This document shows positions 20,239 through 31,403 of a stretch of DNA of 64,000 bases, in pieces (within the stretch, counting starts at the first letter, position 1; every line of letters begins with the position of its first letter). The notes below the pieces were generated by a model. The model saw only the letters and a program-made list of their open reading frames with translations, was not told where the DNA came from and searched no databases. Origin of the DNA: a virus. Where the stretch lies: positions 64,001-128,000 of the IMG/VR virus record IMGVR_UViG_3300024999_000040; one strand, 5' to 3'. Both the position numbers and the translations under genes were made by a program.

Positions 20239-20504
20239 AATTATTTCCTTCCTTAAAGGCAACGAAAACTGTCTTTTATTGGGTTTATATAAACGATCTC
20301 CAATGTTTTTCGTCTTCACTTTGTTTAATGCTTTGCCTTAATCTAGATATTAATTTTAATTGCTGTAAATCTGATAACATATCAAATGCTTGCCAAAACA
20401 ATGTTTCAATATGAATTTTATTATTGTCTTTATATATAAGTTCTATAACTTTATCTTTATTTGTCATATGCTCCAATTACCTTCCACTCTTTTGCTATAT
20501 TAAC

Positions 20505-20534
20505 ATTATAACATGGAGTGGAAGGTTAAGTCAA
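20505..20534 (-). promoter_or_regulatory. sigmaA-type promoter, extended -10
   Basis: TTGACT-18-TATAAT with TG before the -10. Confidence 0.65.
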
Positions 20535-20557
20535 GAGTATTACTATATTTATTTAGT

Positions 20558-21082
20558 TTATTTAAGTTGATTTCTTAGATGATAATAAAACGTACAAAAA
20601 ATAAATTTTGCAGTATATTCTTTATTCAAAAATATAAAATTCAAGCCATACCTATCTGTCATTGAATGTAAGGTACCTATTGCAGATTTAGAAGCATATT
20701 TACTTTGATATTTTCCTTCATACATGTCATCATAAGTAGAATCTTCTATTATCAAATACATTTTACCCTTATGCCTAAGAAATTCAGATTCTAGTCTATC
20801 CCTTTCTACGAAGTTTTCTATTATTTCGTCAAGACATCCCTTACGTTCTATGGAAATTTGATTATTAAAATAAGTATCTCTAATTATACCTAATTCTGGA
20901 TTTTTAGGAATATAAAAACTATAATCTCCCCAATCAAGTTTCTTGCTAACATAAGAGATTTTCTTTTTATCAAACCATTCTGTAATATGGGAACATTGTT
21001 GTTCCCTACTGTCACATATAATTGTCATAGAAGATAATATTTTCTTCAGTTCAGCTTCAGTATATTTGAAATTTTCAATCAT
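20558..21082 (-). CDS. ERCC4/XPF-family nuclease
   Basis: DSREQ, GDY, IERK...DE motifs. Confidence 0.85.
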   Translation of the reverse strand: MIENFKYTEAELKKILSSMTIICDSREQQCSHITEWFDKKKISYVSKKLDWGDYSFYIPKNPELGIIRDTYFNNQISIERKGCLDEIIENFVERDRLESEFLRHKGKMYLIIEDSTYDDMYEGKYQSKYASKSAIGTLHSMTDRYGLNFIFLNKEYTAKFIFCTFYYHLRNQLK

Positions 21083-24000
21083 TTGCTTTCTCCATTCTGA
21101 AATTTGTAAGTGATATTACTATATTTTGGTATCCAATATTCAACAGTTCCATCTACTTCTCTATATATTTTCTTTCCTGTATCTGGATTAATTTCTCCTG
21201 TTGGTTCTTTTTGTGGCTTTTCATCAATAACTTTAACAAACAAAAAATCTCCTTGATCAAATGGTTGTTTATTATATTGATTTGTCCACATTTTTGTTTC
21301 TATTGTTTCACCATATTTAATTCTATACAAGATTACTTTAGTTATTGATTTTAGTACTTCCAACTCCGAAATATAATAAATATCATATGAATATTGATTA
21401 TCACTAAAAGTAATGATTCCTAGAATTTCCTTCTGATTGTCTATTATCTCTTTTGTGGTTAAAGGAATATTTTCTATATTACTTATAATATCCTGTAACA
21501 AATCTTTATTTCTAAGTTTAGTAACTTTTTTTGCAGTTTCATTTCCATAACCCAAAACAAAATCTAGCTTTATTCCATATTCTTCTATTTTGGCTTTAGA
21601 AATTTCTTTTGATTCTCCAAAAATATCATTCCATTTTATAATTTGTAAAAGATAATTAACACCACCAAATTGTTTAAAATAATTTAACTTAACAAGTTTT
21701 TCAATAACAGTTTTATTAATTCCAACTCCTTTTAAAGAATCAAGGAATTCTATAAAATTATTATATTTACTTTGTCCAAGTTCAAATAATGTTTGCGATA
21801 CCTTTTCACCAAATCCTTTTATACTAGACATATTCGGATAGATAACTTTATTTTGTTCATCAATATTTACTCTTCTATTATCTATACCAAATTCATAATC
21901 CCCAAGTCTATATCCATAAAAAGTTAAAGCTTCTTTTACAAGTGCATCAATTTTCTTTTTATTCTCTTTATCTTGATAGTGGTTAATTGCTACTTCATAA
22001 AATTTTGTTGTATGATGTGCTTTAAACCACGCTTGATATGCACTATCACCTCCCATTGATAAAGCATGTGGAGCATTAAATGCATACCTTGCTGAGTCCT
22101 CGATAACATCCCAAATATTATCAAAATTATCAAGATTATTAAATATCTTAATCCAATTTTCTTTTAATGTACTTTTTAATTTATCTAACTTCTCTCCTTT
22201 AAGTTTCTTTTTAGATATCGCTTTTAAAACACCATATGCCTCACCCATAGGTAAACCAAGAAAAGATAATAACTTCATTATAGATTCTTGATATAACATA
22301 AAGTGATAACTATCAGTAAGTAAATCATCTATAATTTTTTCTCCGGTTGTATAGTTTTCTCTTGCTAAAAATGTTCCTAATAGCGATTTAAATCCTGGTC
22401 GTATACCAGCTATAAAAGCACTAGATTCAGCTAAAGTTTTTGCTTTATATTGTTTTGCTTTCTTCGTTGTTGATTCTTTTTCAACTTGATTAACACAACA
22501 AGTTATTCCTTTTTCATATATCTCCCATGTTGCTTCATCGTTTTGAATCATTTCTCTTAATTCATCAAAAGTAGGTACTTCTTTCCCAATACTTTGAAAA
22601 AACTTATGAGTTAAATGAACACTATCAACTATAAGATAATCATTTTTTACATAGCCAAATTCATCAAGATAATTACCTTCTATACAAGCACATAGAGTAC
22701 GTTTTCCTGTAGTCTCTGATACTGCATTGATTAATCCTATCTTGCGTCTTATATCTCCTTCTAGCAACAAATAACCGCATGGATGAGCCTTTAGATTTAT
22801 TGTAATTCCTTGATATTCTAAACTGCCTTTATAAATTTCAAGATATTCTTCTGGAATAAAGTCTTCAATATGTATGAATTCTTTATCTTCTTCATCAGCA
22901 TATTTTAATTTATCGTTATACTTATCAATAAACTTAGATATTTCATTTGCAACTTCTGGTTCAACATCATTTGCTCCTGCGAATAATTGCCATGCTGCCT
23001 TTTCTTTAAGTTTTTCAATTGCCATCAAAGGATAACAACTATGATATCCAATTAGTTCTCTTGTTGCTTCTACAAAAGGTTCTTGTACGGCAACATTATA
23101 ATCTATATCTGGCATTTGTCCACTTAATACCCTATCTTTTGTTAAAAATCTTTCAGGATATATAGGAATTTCACAATTAAATCTATCTATTGTAGTAAAT
23201 CCCAATAATTTATTTGTTATAAATGATGCAGCACTACCTCTTGATGTGGTAGTTAAAATTCCACCTTTTTCATTAACTGCTTTAGATATTATATGATAAT
23301 TAGTTAATGGATAATCTACTACTCCACTATCCACATATTCTCCTACTTCATATCTTATACCTGCAACTTTTTCAGGTGTTTTTAACTTTTCATGTTTATA
23401 ACTATCATTTATAATTTTCTTAAATATTTTAGTTCTTTCTTCATATGTAGTATTTGGATAAACACAAGGTATTTTGAAACTCTGATCAAAAACTGTTTCT
23501 TCACATTCATTAATAAATACATTTGTATTCATCATTGATGTTAGAATTTCTTCATTATTTAAAACACCTTGCCTTTTAAACCTTTCGAATATTTCTTTAT
23601 TATTAGGATAATCAAGATACCATCCTTCTTCATCTTCATAGGTGATGCCTTTGTATTTTAATATCTGATCACGTTTAATTGTATTTTCAGGTTTAACATA
23701 ATGGCTATCTAATCCGCATATAATTTGTATTCCGTATTTCTTAGATATTTCTAATATTTTTTCATTGAGAAATTTTTGGCTTGGAGTATTATGATTTTGT
23801 ACTTCTAAAAAGAAATTATCTCCAAAATGTTCATGAACTTTTAACCATATATCTTCTGCATCTTCATATTTCCACCCTGTAACACATGCGGAGGTTATTA
23901 TCATATTATCTTTAGGAATATTAAATAACAATTCTAAATCAATTCTAGGTTTATAATAATAACCATCTTCGTTCGCAATAGAAAGAGCAAAATTCAAGTC

Positions 24001-24369
24001 TTCACGCCCTATCTCATTCTTTGCAACTAAAACTATATGACAATTAGTTCTATCTTTTTCTATTCTATTTTTAACCCAATATGCTTCAGCAGAATGTCTA
24101 TACTTTAATTCATATTTTTTAGCAATTTTATATGCTTCAAACTGGTTTCCTTGGTTTCCATGTTCCCCACTAAATAAACATCTTCCTTTATATTCAATAG
24201 TTTTTTCTGCATAATTTTCTATTGGTTCTGCACAATCAGGAGTAGAAACATTTGAATGATAAGTATGCTTATGATAGTTCTCACAATATAAATTTTCTAA
24301 ATAATCATCTACATTATAAGGAAATTTAAATGATAAAGAAGGTATTATTTTTTCAATTAGTTCTCTCAT
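21079..24369 (-). CDS. dnaE: DNA polymerase III alpha-type replicative polymerase
   Basis: PHP domain (HKHTYHS, DSHY), SRGSAA, ERFL, MPDID, HPCG, KND, YQE, YAFN.PH. Confidence 0.92.
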   Translation of the reverse strand: MRELIEKIIPSLSFKFPYNVDDYLENLYCENYHKHTYHSNVSTPDCAEPIENYAEKTIEYKGRCLFSGEHGNQGNQFEAYKIAKKYELKYRHSAEAYWVKNRIEKDRTNCHIVLVAKNEIGREDLNFALSIANEDGYYYKPRIDLELLFNIPKDNMIITSACVTGWKYEDAEDIWLKVHEHFGDNFFLEVQNHNTPSQKFLNEKILEISKKYGIQIICGLDSHYVKPENTIKRDQILKYKGITYEDEEGWYLDYPNNKEIFERFKRQGVLNNEEILTSMMNTNVFINECEETVFDQSFKIPCVYPNTTYEERTKIFKKIINDSYKHEKLKTPEKVAGIRYEVGEYVDSGVVDYPLTNYHIISKAVNEKGGILTTTSRGSAASFITNKLLGFTTIDRFNCEIPIYPERFLTKDRVLSGQMPDIDYNVAVQEPFVEATRELIGYHSCYPLMAIEKLKEKAAWQLFAGANDVEPEVANEISKFIDKYNDKLKYADEEDKEFIHIEDFIPEEYLEIYKGSLEYQGITINLKAHPCGYLLLEGDIRRKIGLINAVSETTGKRTLCACIEGNYLDEFGYVKNDYLIVDSVHLTHKFFQSIGKEVPTFDELREMIQNDEATWEIYEKGITCCVNQVEKESTTKKAKQYKAKTLAESSAFIAGIRPGFKSLLGTFLARENYTTGEKIIDDLLTDSYHFMLYQESIMKLLSFLGLPMGEAYGVLKAISKKKLKGEKLDKLKSTLKENWIKIFNNLDNFDNIWDVIEDSARYAFNAPHALSMGGDSAYQAWFKAHHTTKFYEVAINHYQDKENKKKIDALVKEALTFYGYRLGDYEFGIDNRRVNIDEQNKVIYPNMSSIKGFGEKVSQTLFELGQSKYNNFIEFLDSLKGVGINKTVIEKLVKLNYFKQFGGVNYLLQIIKWNDIFGESKEISKAKIEEYGIKLDFVLGYGNETAKKVTKLRNKDLLQDIISNIENIPLTTKEIIDNQKEILGIITFSDNQYSYDIYYISELEVLKSITKVILYRIKYGETIETKMWTNQYNKQPFDQGDFLFVKVIDEKPQKEPTGEINPDTGKKIYREVDGTVEYWIPKYSNITYKFQNGESK

Positions 24370-24380
24370 ATTATATTCCT

Positions 24381-27173
24381 TTACTTTAATATTTCTTTTA
24401 ATTCATCTGCGAACAAACAATATTTACCTTTATTTCTACTTTTATTTTCATTAGTATTATATGTAATATACAGTTCATCTTTTGCTCTAGTGATATCAAC
24501 AAATAGAAGTCTTCTTTCTTCTTCAAGTAAATTCAAATCGTCTTGAATTTCGTCATATTTAAATGAATTAATAGTTGTAATAACTACACTCCATTCCTTG
24601 CCTTTGCTACTATGTGCTGTTGTCAAAGTTACTACATTGTATTTATTTTCATCTTTTTCTATGCTTGTATCATCATTATATAAATTTATTTTATAAATAT
24701 GTTCTAAGAAAAGATTAAAATTATCAAAAGTTATTTCTTGTAAATCTTCAATAAAACTTTTTGCTATTTCATCTTTTTCTATAATGGGATCAATTAATTT
24801 ATAAAAATATTCTATTCTTGATTCTTCAGATTTTAAACTACTGAATTCCTCTATTATTTTTATTTTAAAATCATTACAAAACATTTCAATATATTCCTTA
24901 TTCTTTTCTGAAAGCTCATTAATAAAATACAAATGCTCCATCAAATAATAATCATGTTCATTGTTTTTAAAGAAATTACTTAAATTTATTATGTGCTGAA
25001 CATTTACATTATCGATATATAACTCACTTGCTTCTATCACATTAGGAATATTTTCTTTTTTAAAGTAACTTTGAATTTCCAGTAATTCTTTTTTGGTTCT
25101 TGCTATTATACAAACTTCATATTTTGGAATGCCTTTAGATATACTCTCTTTTACAAAATTGGTAATACCAATGTATTCATTTTCTAAAGTATCATAAGGT
25201 ATTAAGATAGGTACTTTACCATTACTTCTTCTGCCAATAATTTCTTTATCAATTCTTTGTGTATTTAATTTGTTTAACTCATTAGCAACATAACATATTT
25301 CATTTGTTGACCTAAAATTATCAAGCAGAAAAACGTCATTTACATTTGTAAATTGTTTATCAAAGTTTAAAATGTTCTCAGGCGTAGTATTTCGAAATGA
25401 GTAAATTGCCTGTGAATCATCTCCGACAACCATTAATGAATTCATATTATTATATTTTTCTAATAAATGTAATAACTTTACTTGTGTAAAATCTGTATCT
25501 TGATATTCATCTATTATAACATGCTTAAATCCATATTTGTCAATTAAATTAATATCTACTTCAAATAGTTCAATTAAGTATAATATCTGGTCTTGATACT
25601 GTATTAACCCCTTAGATTTTAGCTTTTCATTAAACTTAGAATACATCTCATAAATAAGATCAGCCTTATTTGATTCTACATTAAAATCCTTTTCTCTTGA
25701 CAAAATTTTCTCATTAAATGTTCCAACACTATAATCATAACTTTTTATAATATTGAAATATATCACAAGTTGCTTAAAAGCCCCTTTAGCATTAGGATAA
25801 TTAAGTAGTGGATTCCTATAATTTAACCATTCTATTTTACTATACTCTTCTATTTCAAACAGTTCTTTAATAATATCATTTACATCTATAGAGTTTGCCA
25901 ACTTAGGTTGTACTGAAAACCCTAGTTTATTCCATTCTTTAGATACTATGCTATCTCCAAAAGAGTTAAAGGTAAAAATATTGAGATTATTAACATTTAT
26001 GTTTTTGATTCCATAATAACTTAACCAATAGTTAATTTTATCTCTTAATTCTTGCGCTCCTTTATTAGTGAAGGTTATTAATAATATATCTCTTGGAGTA
26101 TACCCCTTCTTGAACAATTCTATTGTCCTCATGACCATACTTGATGATTTTCCTGAACCTGCAACAGCATTTATCCTATAATTACCATGTTCTATTTCTA
26201 CAATCTGTTTTTGATCTTTTGTTAGTTTAAGTTCTCCGCTAGATTTCTTAGAATCTATAACTATTTTCATATCCAATTTATTATTAGTATCTTCATAATT
26301 ACATAGAGTTGAATAATTACAAAAATCACAATCGGAAGATTTACATTTTTCTGAATTAAAATTCAAATCAGAATTTAAAAGTTCTATAATTTCAGCATCT
26401 AGGGATTTATCATAATTAAAAGTTATGATATTGTTCCCTTCGGAATTATTAAAATATAGAACATCAGATATTTCCTTAATTTGTTTTTCGTGTTCTTTTT
26501 GCAACTTTTTATCAGGGTAACTAATTAGTTTTAGATTATTTAATACTTCAGTCAGTTCATTTTCATCCGTCAAAAATTGAGAATAAAGGGCTTCTTTATC
26601 CTTCTTCCCTTTTAAATGATAAAATGAAGATATAATTGGTTTACCTTTACTAGCGTATAATTGCTCCCCTAACTTTTTCAAAAGATATAATTCTATATCA
26701 TTCTCAGGTAAATTCTTATCTGTTCTTGCCTTATAACTCAATTCAGTTGCACCCATCTTATATTTTATTATTTCAATACTTTCAGGATTCTCAAAACCCA
26801 CATCAGCATTTATTTCTATTTCTTGATCATTTATTGAAACATTCCCATATATAGTTTTAGCTATTATTTCTCTATTCTTCAGCTTCTCAAAAGTTATATA
26901 TCTTGATAAATGGGAAAATATTATATTTATTTCTACTGTTTTCTCTTGTTTTGTTAAGAAAAACTTTTCTTCTATTAGGTTTTCTATCAAAGATTTTAAC
27001 TCTGTATCCTTTAGGTTAACAAAATCATAATCCTTAATAATAGTTTTATATATTTGGGAAATCATACTGGACTTATTATTAAGAGTCTTAAAATTGCTAA
27101 ATTGAGATACATAGGCTTTAAATTTACAATCTTTTATATTTTTGAGTTGATATAATTTTATTTTATTTTTCAT
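24381..27173 (-). CDS. UvrD/PcrA-like SF1 helicase with N-terminal extension
   Basis: AVAGSGKS, TFTNK, DEYQD, VGDDSQAIYSFR, NFRS, TAHSSKGKEW, EERRLLFV.ITRA. Confidence 0.88.
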   Translation of the reverse strand: MKNKIKLYQLKNIKDCKFKAYVSQFSNFKTLNNKSSMISQIYKTIIKDYDFVNLKDTELKSLIENLIEEKFFLTKQEKTVEINIIFSHLSRYITFEKLKNREIIAKTIYGNVSINDQEIEINADVGFENPESIEIIKYKMGATELSYKARTDKNLPENDIELYLLKKLGEQLYASKGKPIISSFYHLKGKKDKEALYSQFLTDENELTEVLNNLKLISYPDKKLQKEHEKQIKEISDVLYFNNSEGNNIITFNYDKSLDAEIIELLNSDLNFNSEKCKSSDCDFCNYSTLCNYEDTNNKLDMKIVIDSKKSSGELKLTKDQKQIVEIEHGNYRINAVAGSGKSSSMVMRTIELFKKGYTPRDILLITFTNKGAQELRDKINYWLSYYGIKNINVNNLNIFTFNSFGDSIVSKEWNKLGFSVQPKLANSIDVNDIIKELFEIEEYSKIEWLNYRNPLLNYPNAKGAFKQLVIYFNIIKSYDYSVGTFNEKILSREKDFNVESNKADLIYEMYSKFNEKLKSKGLIQYQDQILYLIELFEVDINLIDKYGFKHVIIDEYQDTDFTQVKLLHLLEKYNNMNSLMVVGDDSQAIYSFRNTTPENILNFDKQFTNVNDVFLLDNFRSTNEICYVANELNKLNTQRIDKEIIGRRSNGKVPILIPYDTLENEYIGITNFVKESISKGIPKYEVCIIARTKKELLEIQSYFKKENIPNVIEASELYIDNVNVQHIINLSNFFKNNEHDYYLMEHLYFINELSEKNKEYIEMFCNDFKIKIIEEFSSLKSEESRIEYFYKLIDPIIEKDEIAKSFIEDLQEITFDNFNLFLEHIYKINLYNDDTSIEKDENKYNVVTLTTAHSSKGKEWSVVITTINSFKYDEIQDDLNLLEEERRLLFVDITRAKDELYITYNTNENKSRNKGKYCLFADELKEILK

Positions 27174-27195
27174 TAATAAATCCTTCTTTATAATT

Positions 27196-28551
27196 TTATT
27201 TGAAAATTGATTGTTTTTTATTGTTTTTATCCTCTTTTGCTATACTGTAAAAATTAAAAGTTCTGCCTTCAAACATCAAAGGGAAATATCCAGTAGCCCC
27301 ATTTCTTTGTTTTGCAATAATTGCTTTCCTTTTTTGAATTTCAGCCATATCATCAGAATCACTTTCTTTATGAAGAAAAATTACGTTATCAGCATCCTGC
27401 TCTATATCACCACATTCTCTTAAATCGCTCAATCTAGGTTCTCTATTTTCTTTTTCTGTTGCACGATTTAATTGTGCTAACGCAACTACAGGAATATTAA
27501 ATTCTTTTGATAGTGATTTTAAATTTCTACTGATATCTCCAAGTTCTCCATTTCTATTGTCAGTTTTTTTCATAGTCAACATTAACTGAATATAATCTAC
27601 AAATAAAGCATCTAACTTGTTTTTTGATTTTAATTGTCTACAATAAGCACGAATTTCTTGTATGTATTTAAATTCTTCAATTTGCAATGGAAGGCTATTA
27701 ATATATATCAAGGTTTGTTTGTATAATTTATATTCATCTTCTGTCATTAATTTAGGCTTTCTTAATTTATGACTATTAATTTTTGATTCTGAAGATATTA
27801 GTCTTGCCAATAATTGCTTATCAGACATCTCTAAACTTATAAATGGAATATGTAATCCTTTTTTAACAAGATTTCTAGCAATTTGTAATCCGAAAGCGGT
27901 CTTGCCAACAGCAGGTCTAGCCCCAATAATTGTAAATTCTTGTTCATGCAATCCGTCTAACCAATAATCATAATCGGTTAATCCTGTAAAATATTTTTCT
28001 TCATTTCCATTATCTTGATTTCTTTTTCTTTCAATATCTCCATCAAGTTCTTCTGAAGCTTTTTTCATACTTCTATTTTTCTTTTGATCATTTATGTCTA
28101 TTCCAGATATAATTTCTAGGGCATCATTTTTTAAGTCAACAGTATTATCATAGTCTTGCTCATATGCTTTTTCTTGTATTTCTGAAGACTTTTTTATTAA
28201 TTGTCTTCTTATGGATTTTTCTTCTACTATTCTTGAATAATGTTTAGCATTTGCAGTTGTTGGTACATTACTTGAGATATAAGCAAGATAATCATAGCCA
28301 CCAATTGTATCGAAAATATTCTGTAATTTTAATTGTTCTGATACAGTAATTATATCTACTGGTTTATTACCATTATGTAGTTCATAAATAATATCAAATA
28401 TTTCTTGATGTTCTGGCTTATAAAAATCCCTTGAATTTAAAATAGATAAAATATCTGGTATAATATCACTATCCAATAAGGCAGAACCTAATACACTTTG
28501 TTCTGCCTCAATGTTTTGTGGAGGCAACCTACCTAAAGCATTAAAATTCAT
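27196..28551 (-). CDS. dnaB: replicative DNA helicase
   Basis: PPQNIEAEQSVLG, GARPAVGKT, SLEM, DYIQL, AQLNR, DIEQDAD, KQRNG. Confidence 0.96.
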   Translation of the reverse strand: MNFNALGRLPPQNIEAEQSVLGSALLDSDIIPDILSILNSRDFYKPEHQEIFDIIYELHNGNKPVDIITVSEQLKLQNIFDTIGGYDYLAYISSNVPTTANAKHYSRIVEEKSIRRQLIKKSSEIQEKAYEQDYDNTVDLKNDALEIISGIDINDQKKNRSMKKASEELDGDIERKRNQDNGNEEKYFTGLTDYDYWLDGLHEQEFTIIGARPAVGKTAFGLQIARNLVKKGLHIPFISLEMSDKQLLARLISSESKINSHKLRKPKLMTEDEYKLYKQTLIYINSLPLQIEEFKYIQEIRAYCRQLKSKNKLDALFVDYIQLMLTMKKTDNRNGELGDISRNLKSLSKEFNIPVVALAQLNRATEKENREPRLSDLRECGDIEQDADNVIFLHKESDSDDMAEIQKRKAIIAKQRNGATGYFPLMFEGRTFNFYSIAKEDKNNKKQSIFK

Positions 28552-28561
28552 AACACCATCC

Positions 28562-29239
28562 TTAATTTACTTCATAATTTGATAAATCTTTATATTGAGG
28601 CTTTTTAGGCTGATTAATAGAATTTTGTTTATTCTTTTTTTCTTCCATATTAATCCAAGTTAAAATAGTATGGTAATGACTAGCTTTCTTTCTTTTTGCT
28701 TCAGTAGGTTTTTCACCTATCCAATTATTCAAACTCTCTATTTTATCATCTATGAATTTCTTATCGTATTTTTCTACTAACTTTTCATATTCATTTTCAG
28801 TCAAAAAAACATATTCCAAATATTGTTTTTTATCTTCTTTGGGTTTTTCTATTTTTATATCGTTTTCAACTAAATTTGTATTAATATTTACTTTCTTTTT
28901 CATCTTCTGAATATTATTTAATAAATTTGGTACATATAAAATTCTTTCATTTTTCCATTTTTCTTTATCAATAGCATCTAATTCACATAGAGTGTTTAAA
29001 ATTTCAGACATTAATTTACCATCAATTTTAAATTTATCTAATAGAATTTTACATGCTCCTTTTGTTTTAGCACAAAATTGATAATCATGAGATGGACTAC
29101 TTCCTAAAACTTCTAATAATTTAAACCAAACTGCATACCCATTATTTTGATATAACATTTCCAATGTTTTTATTGTTGTGCTTTCTTTTAATAAATGAGG
29201 GAAAAAGTCTATAGATTGTTTAGGTTTCCCTGCCATCAT
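28562..29239 (-). CDS. probable replication initiator/replisome organizer
   Basis: FFPH...GYAVWFKLLE N-terminus, V.LTE.EY.KL C-terminus; located between ssb and dnaB. Confidence 0.6.
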   Translation of the reverse strand: MMAGKPKQSIDFFPHLLKESTTIKTLEMLYQNNGYAVWFKLLEVLGSSPSHDYQFCAKTKGACKILLDKFKIDGKLMSEILNTLCELDAIDKEKWKNERILYVPNLLNNIQKMKKKVNINTNLVENDIKIEKPKEDKKQYLEYVFLTENEYEKLVEKYDKKFIDDKIESLNNWIGEKPTEAKRKKASHYHTILTWINMEEKKNKQNSINQPKKPQYKDLSNYEVN

Positions 29240-29263
29240 ATATCACCTACTTTTAAAAGATTT

Positions 29264-29288
29264 TAGGAGGAGAATATTTCTCCTCCTA
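29264..29288. terminator. perfect 11-bp hairpin after ssb
   Basis: TAGGAGGAGAA-TAT-TTCTCCTCCTA; U-tract weak. Confidence 0.5.
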
Positions 29289-29306
29289 TAAGTTTACATA
29301 TTTGTA

Positions 29307-29711
29307 TTAAAATGGAAGATCATCGTCTTCCAAAGGATAAAAACCATCTCCCTGTGCTCCAGTAGGTTTTTGTGAAGGTGTTCCTTCACCCTTTTTGCTA
29401 TCTGCAAAATAAGTATCTTCAACAATAACTTCTGTTACATAATGCTTTTTACCTTCGTTATCATCCCAAGTTCTTGTTTCAATTCTTCCTACAATAGCAA
29501 CCTGTGAACCTTTAGTAAAATATTTAGCTACAAATTCTGCTGTCTTTGCCCATGACTGACAATTGATAAAATCTGCTTTCTTTTCTTCCCCTTGTTTTGT
29601 AAATTTTCTGTTTACCGCTAATGTGAAAGAACATACGGCAGTATTATTAGCAGTAGTATACTTCAATTCAGGGTCTTTGGTGAGCCTTCCCATAAGAATT
29701 ACTTTGTTCAT
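29307..29711 (-). CDS. ssb: single-stranded DNA-binding protein
   Basis: MNKVILMGRLTKDPEL...DDDLPF. Confidence 0.97.
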   Translation of the reverse strand: MNKVILMGRLTKDPELKYTTANNTAVCSFTLAVNRKFTKQGEEKKADFINCQSWAKTAEFVAKYFTKGSQVAIVGRIETRTWDDNEGKKHYVTEVIVEDTYFADSKKGEGTPSQKPTGAQGDGFYPLEDDDLPF

Positions 29712-29730
29712 AATTAATTTATCCTCCTAT

Positions 29731-30675
29731 TTATTTTGTTATAGTTATATCCTTTAATGCCTTGATAACGGCATTTGCGACCTCTATGTCCTTAATTGTG
29801 GTATAATTTGCAACTGTGTGTTTTGACTTTATTGCCGTTTTAATGTCTGCCTCTGATACTTTCAATGAAGTTAATTCAGCAACTATAGTCTTAATATCTT
29901 CTTTTGCTTTTGCTAATTCATCAACTACTGATTCATCAATTTTAGATTCATTGAATTTTGGTGTCTCTGATTTAGGTTGTGGTTTAGGGTCTGGAGCATC
30001 TCCACTATTAGCCCAATCATACAATGCCATACCATCTTTTTCTGTCAGCACATCATATCTATTTTCAAAGAGATGTGTATTGTCTTTCATAGCATCAGCA
30101 ATATGTGATTGTTGGTCAATATTGAACGTAACGGTATAGTTGTATTCTGTATTATCTCTCTGTTTATAACCCAATCCAACTTTCTTTGGCACTTGCTTTC
30201 CATTCTTCTCTTCCATAACATATTCGTCTTTTCCTCTGACGGTAGCAAAAATATGTAGTGGAGATTGAAGAATCTTTTCCATAAAAGGGTCATGTCTAGG
30301 AGTAATTTTTACCCAATTAGTATAACTATTTCCTGGCATTTTTGAGTGAACTTCCAAACAATAATCCCATTCATGAGTTATACTATCAATGATTAAAATA
30401 GTGTAACCCCCATCAGCAGCAGCATCTATTGCTTCAATATACTTTTCTGGAGTATAAGGTGCTGATAATTGCAAATCATCAAAATCGAATTCATTTGCAT
30501 AATATCTTATACGTCCATTTTCCGTATCAATTGCTGCAATTTTACCACCAGACTTTTTTGCAAATCCAGTTGCAAGTCTTAACATTGAATATGTTTTGCC
30601 TGAACCCGATGCTCCTGCCCCGAGAACCTTTATCCATATCTGTTCTCTCTTCGCTTTTTTAAAGCCAATTGCCAT
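29731..30675 (-). CDS. Sak4-like (AAA_24) recombination ATPase
   Basis: GASGSGKT, IDTE, IIDSITHEW; adjacent to ssb. Confidence 0.8.
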   Translation of the reverse strand: MAIGFKKAKREQIWIKVLGAGASGSGKTYSMLRLATGFAKKSGGKIAAIDTENGRIRYYANEFDFDDLQLSAPYTPEKYIEAIDAAADGGYTILIIDSITHEWDYCLEVHSKMPGNSYTNWVKITPRHDPFMEKILQSPLHIFATVRGKDEYVMEEKNGKQVPKKVGLGYKQRDNTEYNYTVTFNIDQQSHIADAMKDNTHLFENRYDVLTEKDGMALYDWANSGDAPDPKPQPKSETPKFNESKIDESVVDELAKAKEDIKTIVAELTSLKVSEADIKTAIKSKHTVANYTTIKDIEVANAVIKALKDITITK

Positions 30676-30713
30676 AAATTCTCTTACCCTCTTTCTTTAT
30701 TATATTTATTTTA

Positions 30714-31403
30714 TTATTTGTTATATAAAGGTGAAAACTCACCAAAATATATTAACTCTGCATTATGTCTTGCTTTAACTGCATTTTCAAAATCATCAAA
30801 GTTTCCTAAATAAATTTGTTTGCCTTCAACTGTAATTCTGGCTCTCCAACAATTTTCTTTTTCTCTCCAACCAACGCCAGTTATTCCAGAAGTATTATCT
30901 TTTCTTTTGTTAATATTCATACCATTTTGACTATTTGTAGCAACTCTTAAATTTTTTCTACGATTATCATATTTATGTCTATTTCTATGATCAACTTTAC
31001 TTGATGTATTCATTAATAATTTATGTAATTTAATACCTTTACCATAAATCCTAGTTACTACATATCCGTCTTTATCAAAATACCAACTATGACTTTCAAT
31101 AACTTCTGAATCAATTATGTCATAATAAAACTCTTGATTAGTGTCTGTAAATCCAACTTTATAATTATCTTTAAACTCAAAAATATTAGGTGGAACTGAG
31201 TTTCTTTTTCTTTCTTTATATAGACACCCACAACTTTTGATTCTTTCTGACGTTAAATGGGATGCTCTAACTTCTTTTATTGTTCTTTTCTCACATTGAC
31301 ATTCACAAATCCAATAAGGTCTACCATTTCTATCTTCTGCTCTTTTTATTACTTTAAGTAAACCAAACATTTGCCCTGTTAAATCTTTTAATACATTAAT
31401 CAC
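30714..31403 (-). CDS. HNH/AP2 homing endonuclease
   Basis: DLTGQ.FG.L.V...W.C.C.C...SCGC, DHRNR...DNR..NLR, NTSG.TGV...W.ARI...YLG.F. Confidence 0.88.
   Translation of the reverse strand: MINVLKDLTGQMFGLLKVIKRAEDRNGRPYWICECQCEKRTIKEVRASHLTSERIKSCGCLYKERKRNSVPPNIFEFKDNYKVGFTDTNQEFYYDIIDSEVIESHSWYFDKDGYVVTRIYGKGIKLHKLLMNTSSKVDHRNRHKYDNRRKNLRVATNSQNGMNINKRKDNTSGITGVGWREKENCWRARITVEGKQIYLGNFDDFENAVKARHNAELIYFGEFSPLYNK

Noticed and set aside
21079-24369. Intein or intron in dnaE (also checked nrdD and dnaB)
   Set aside because: Lengths are normal, frames are continuous and no intein terminal motifs were seen
8818-30293. Nested minus-strand ORFs 8818-9036 and 30087-30293
   Set aside because: Alternative frames inside nrdD and the Sak4-like gene
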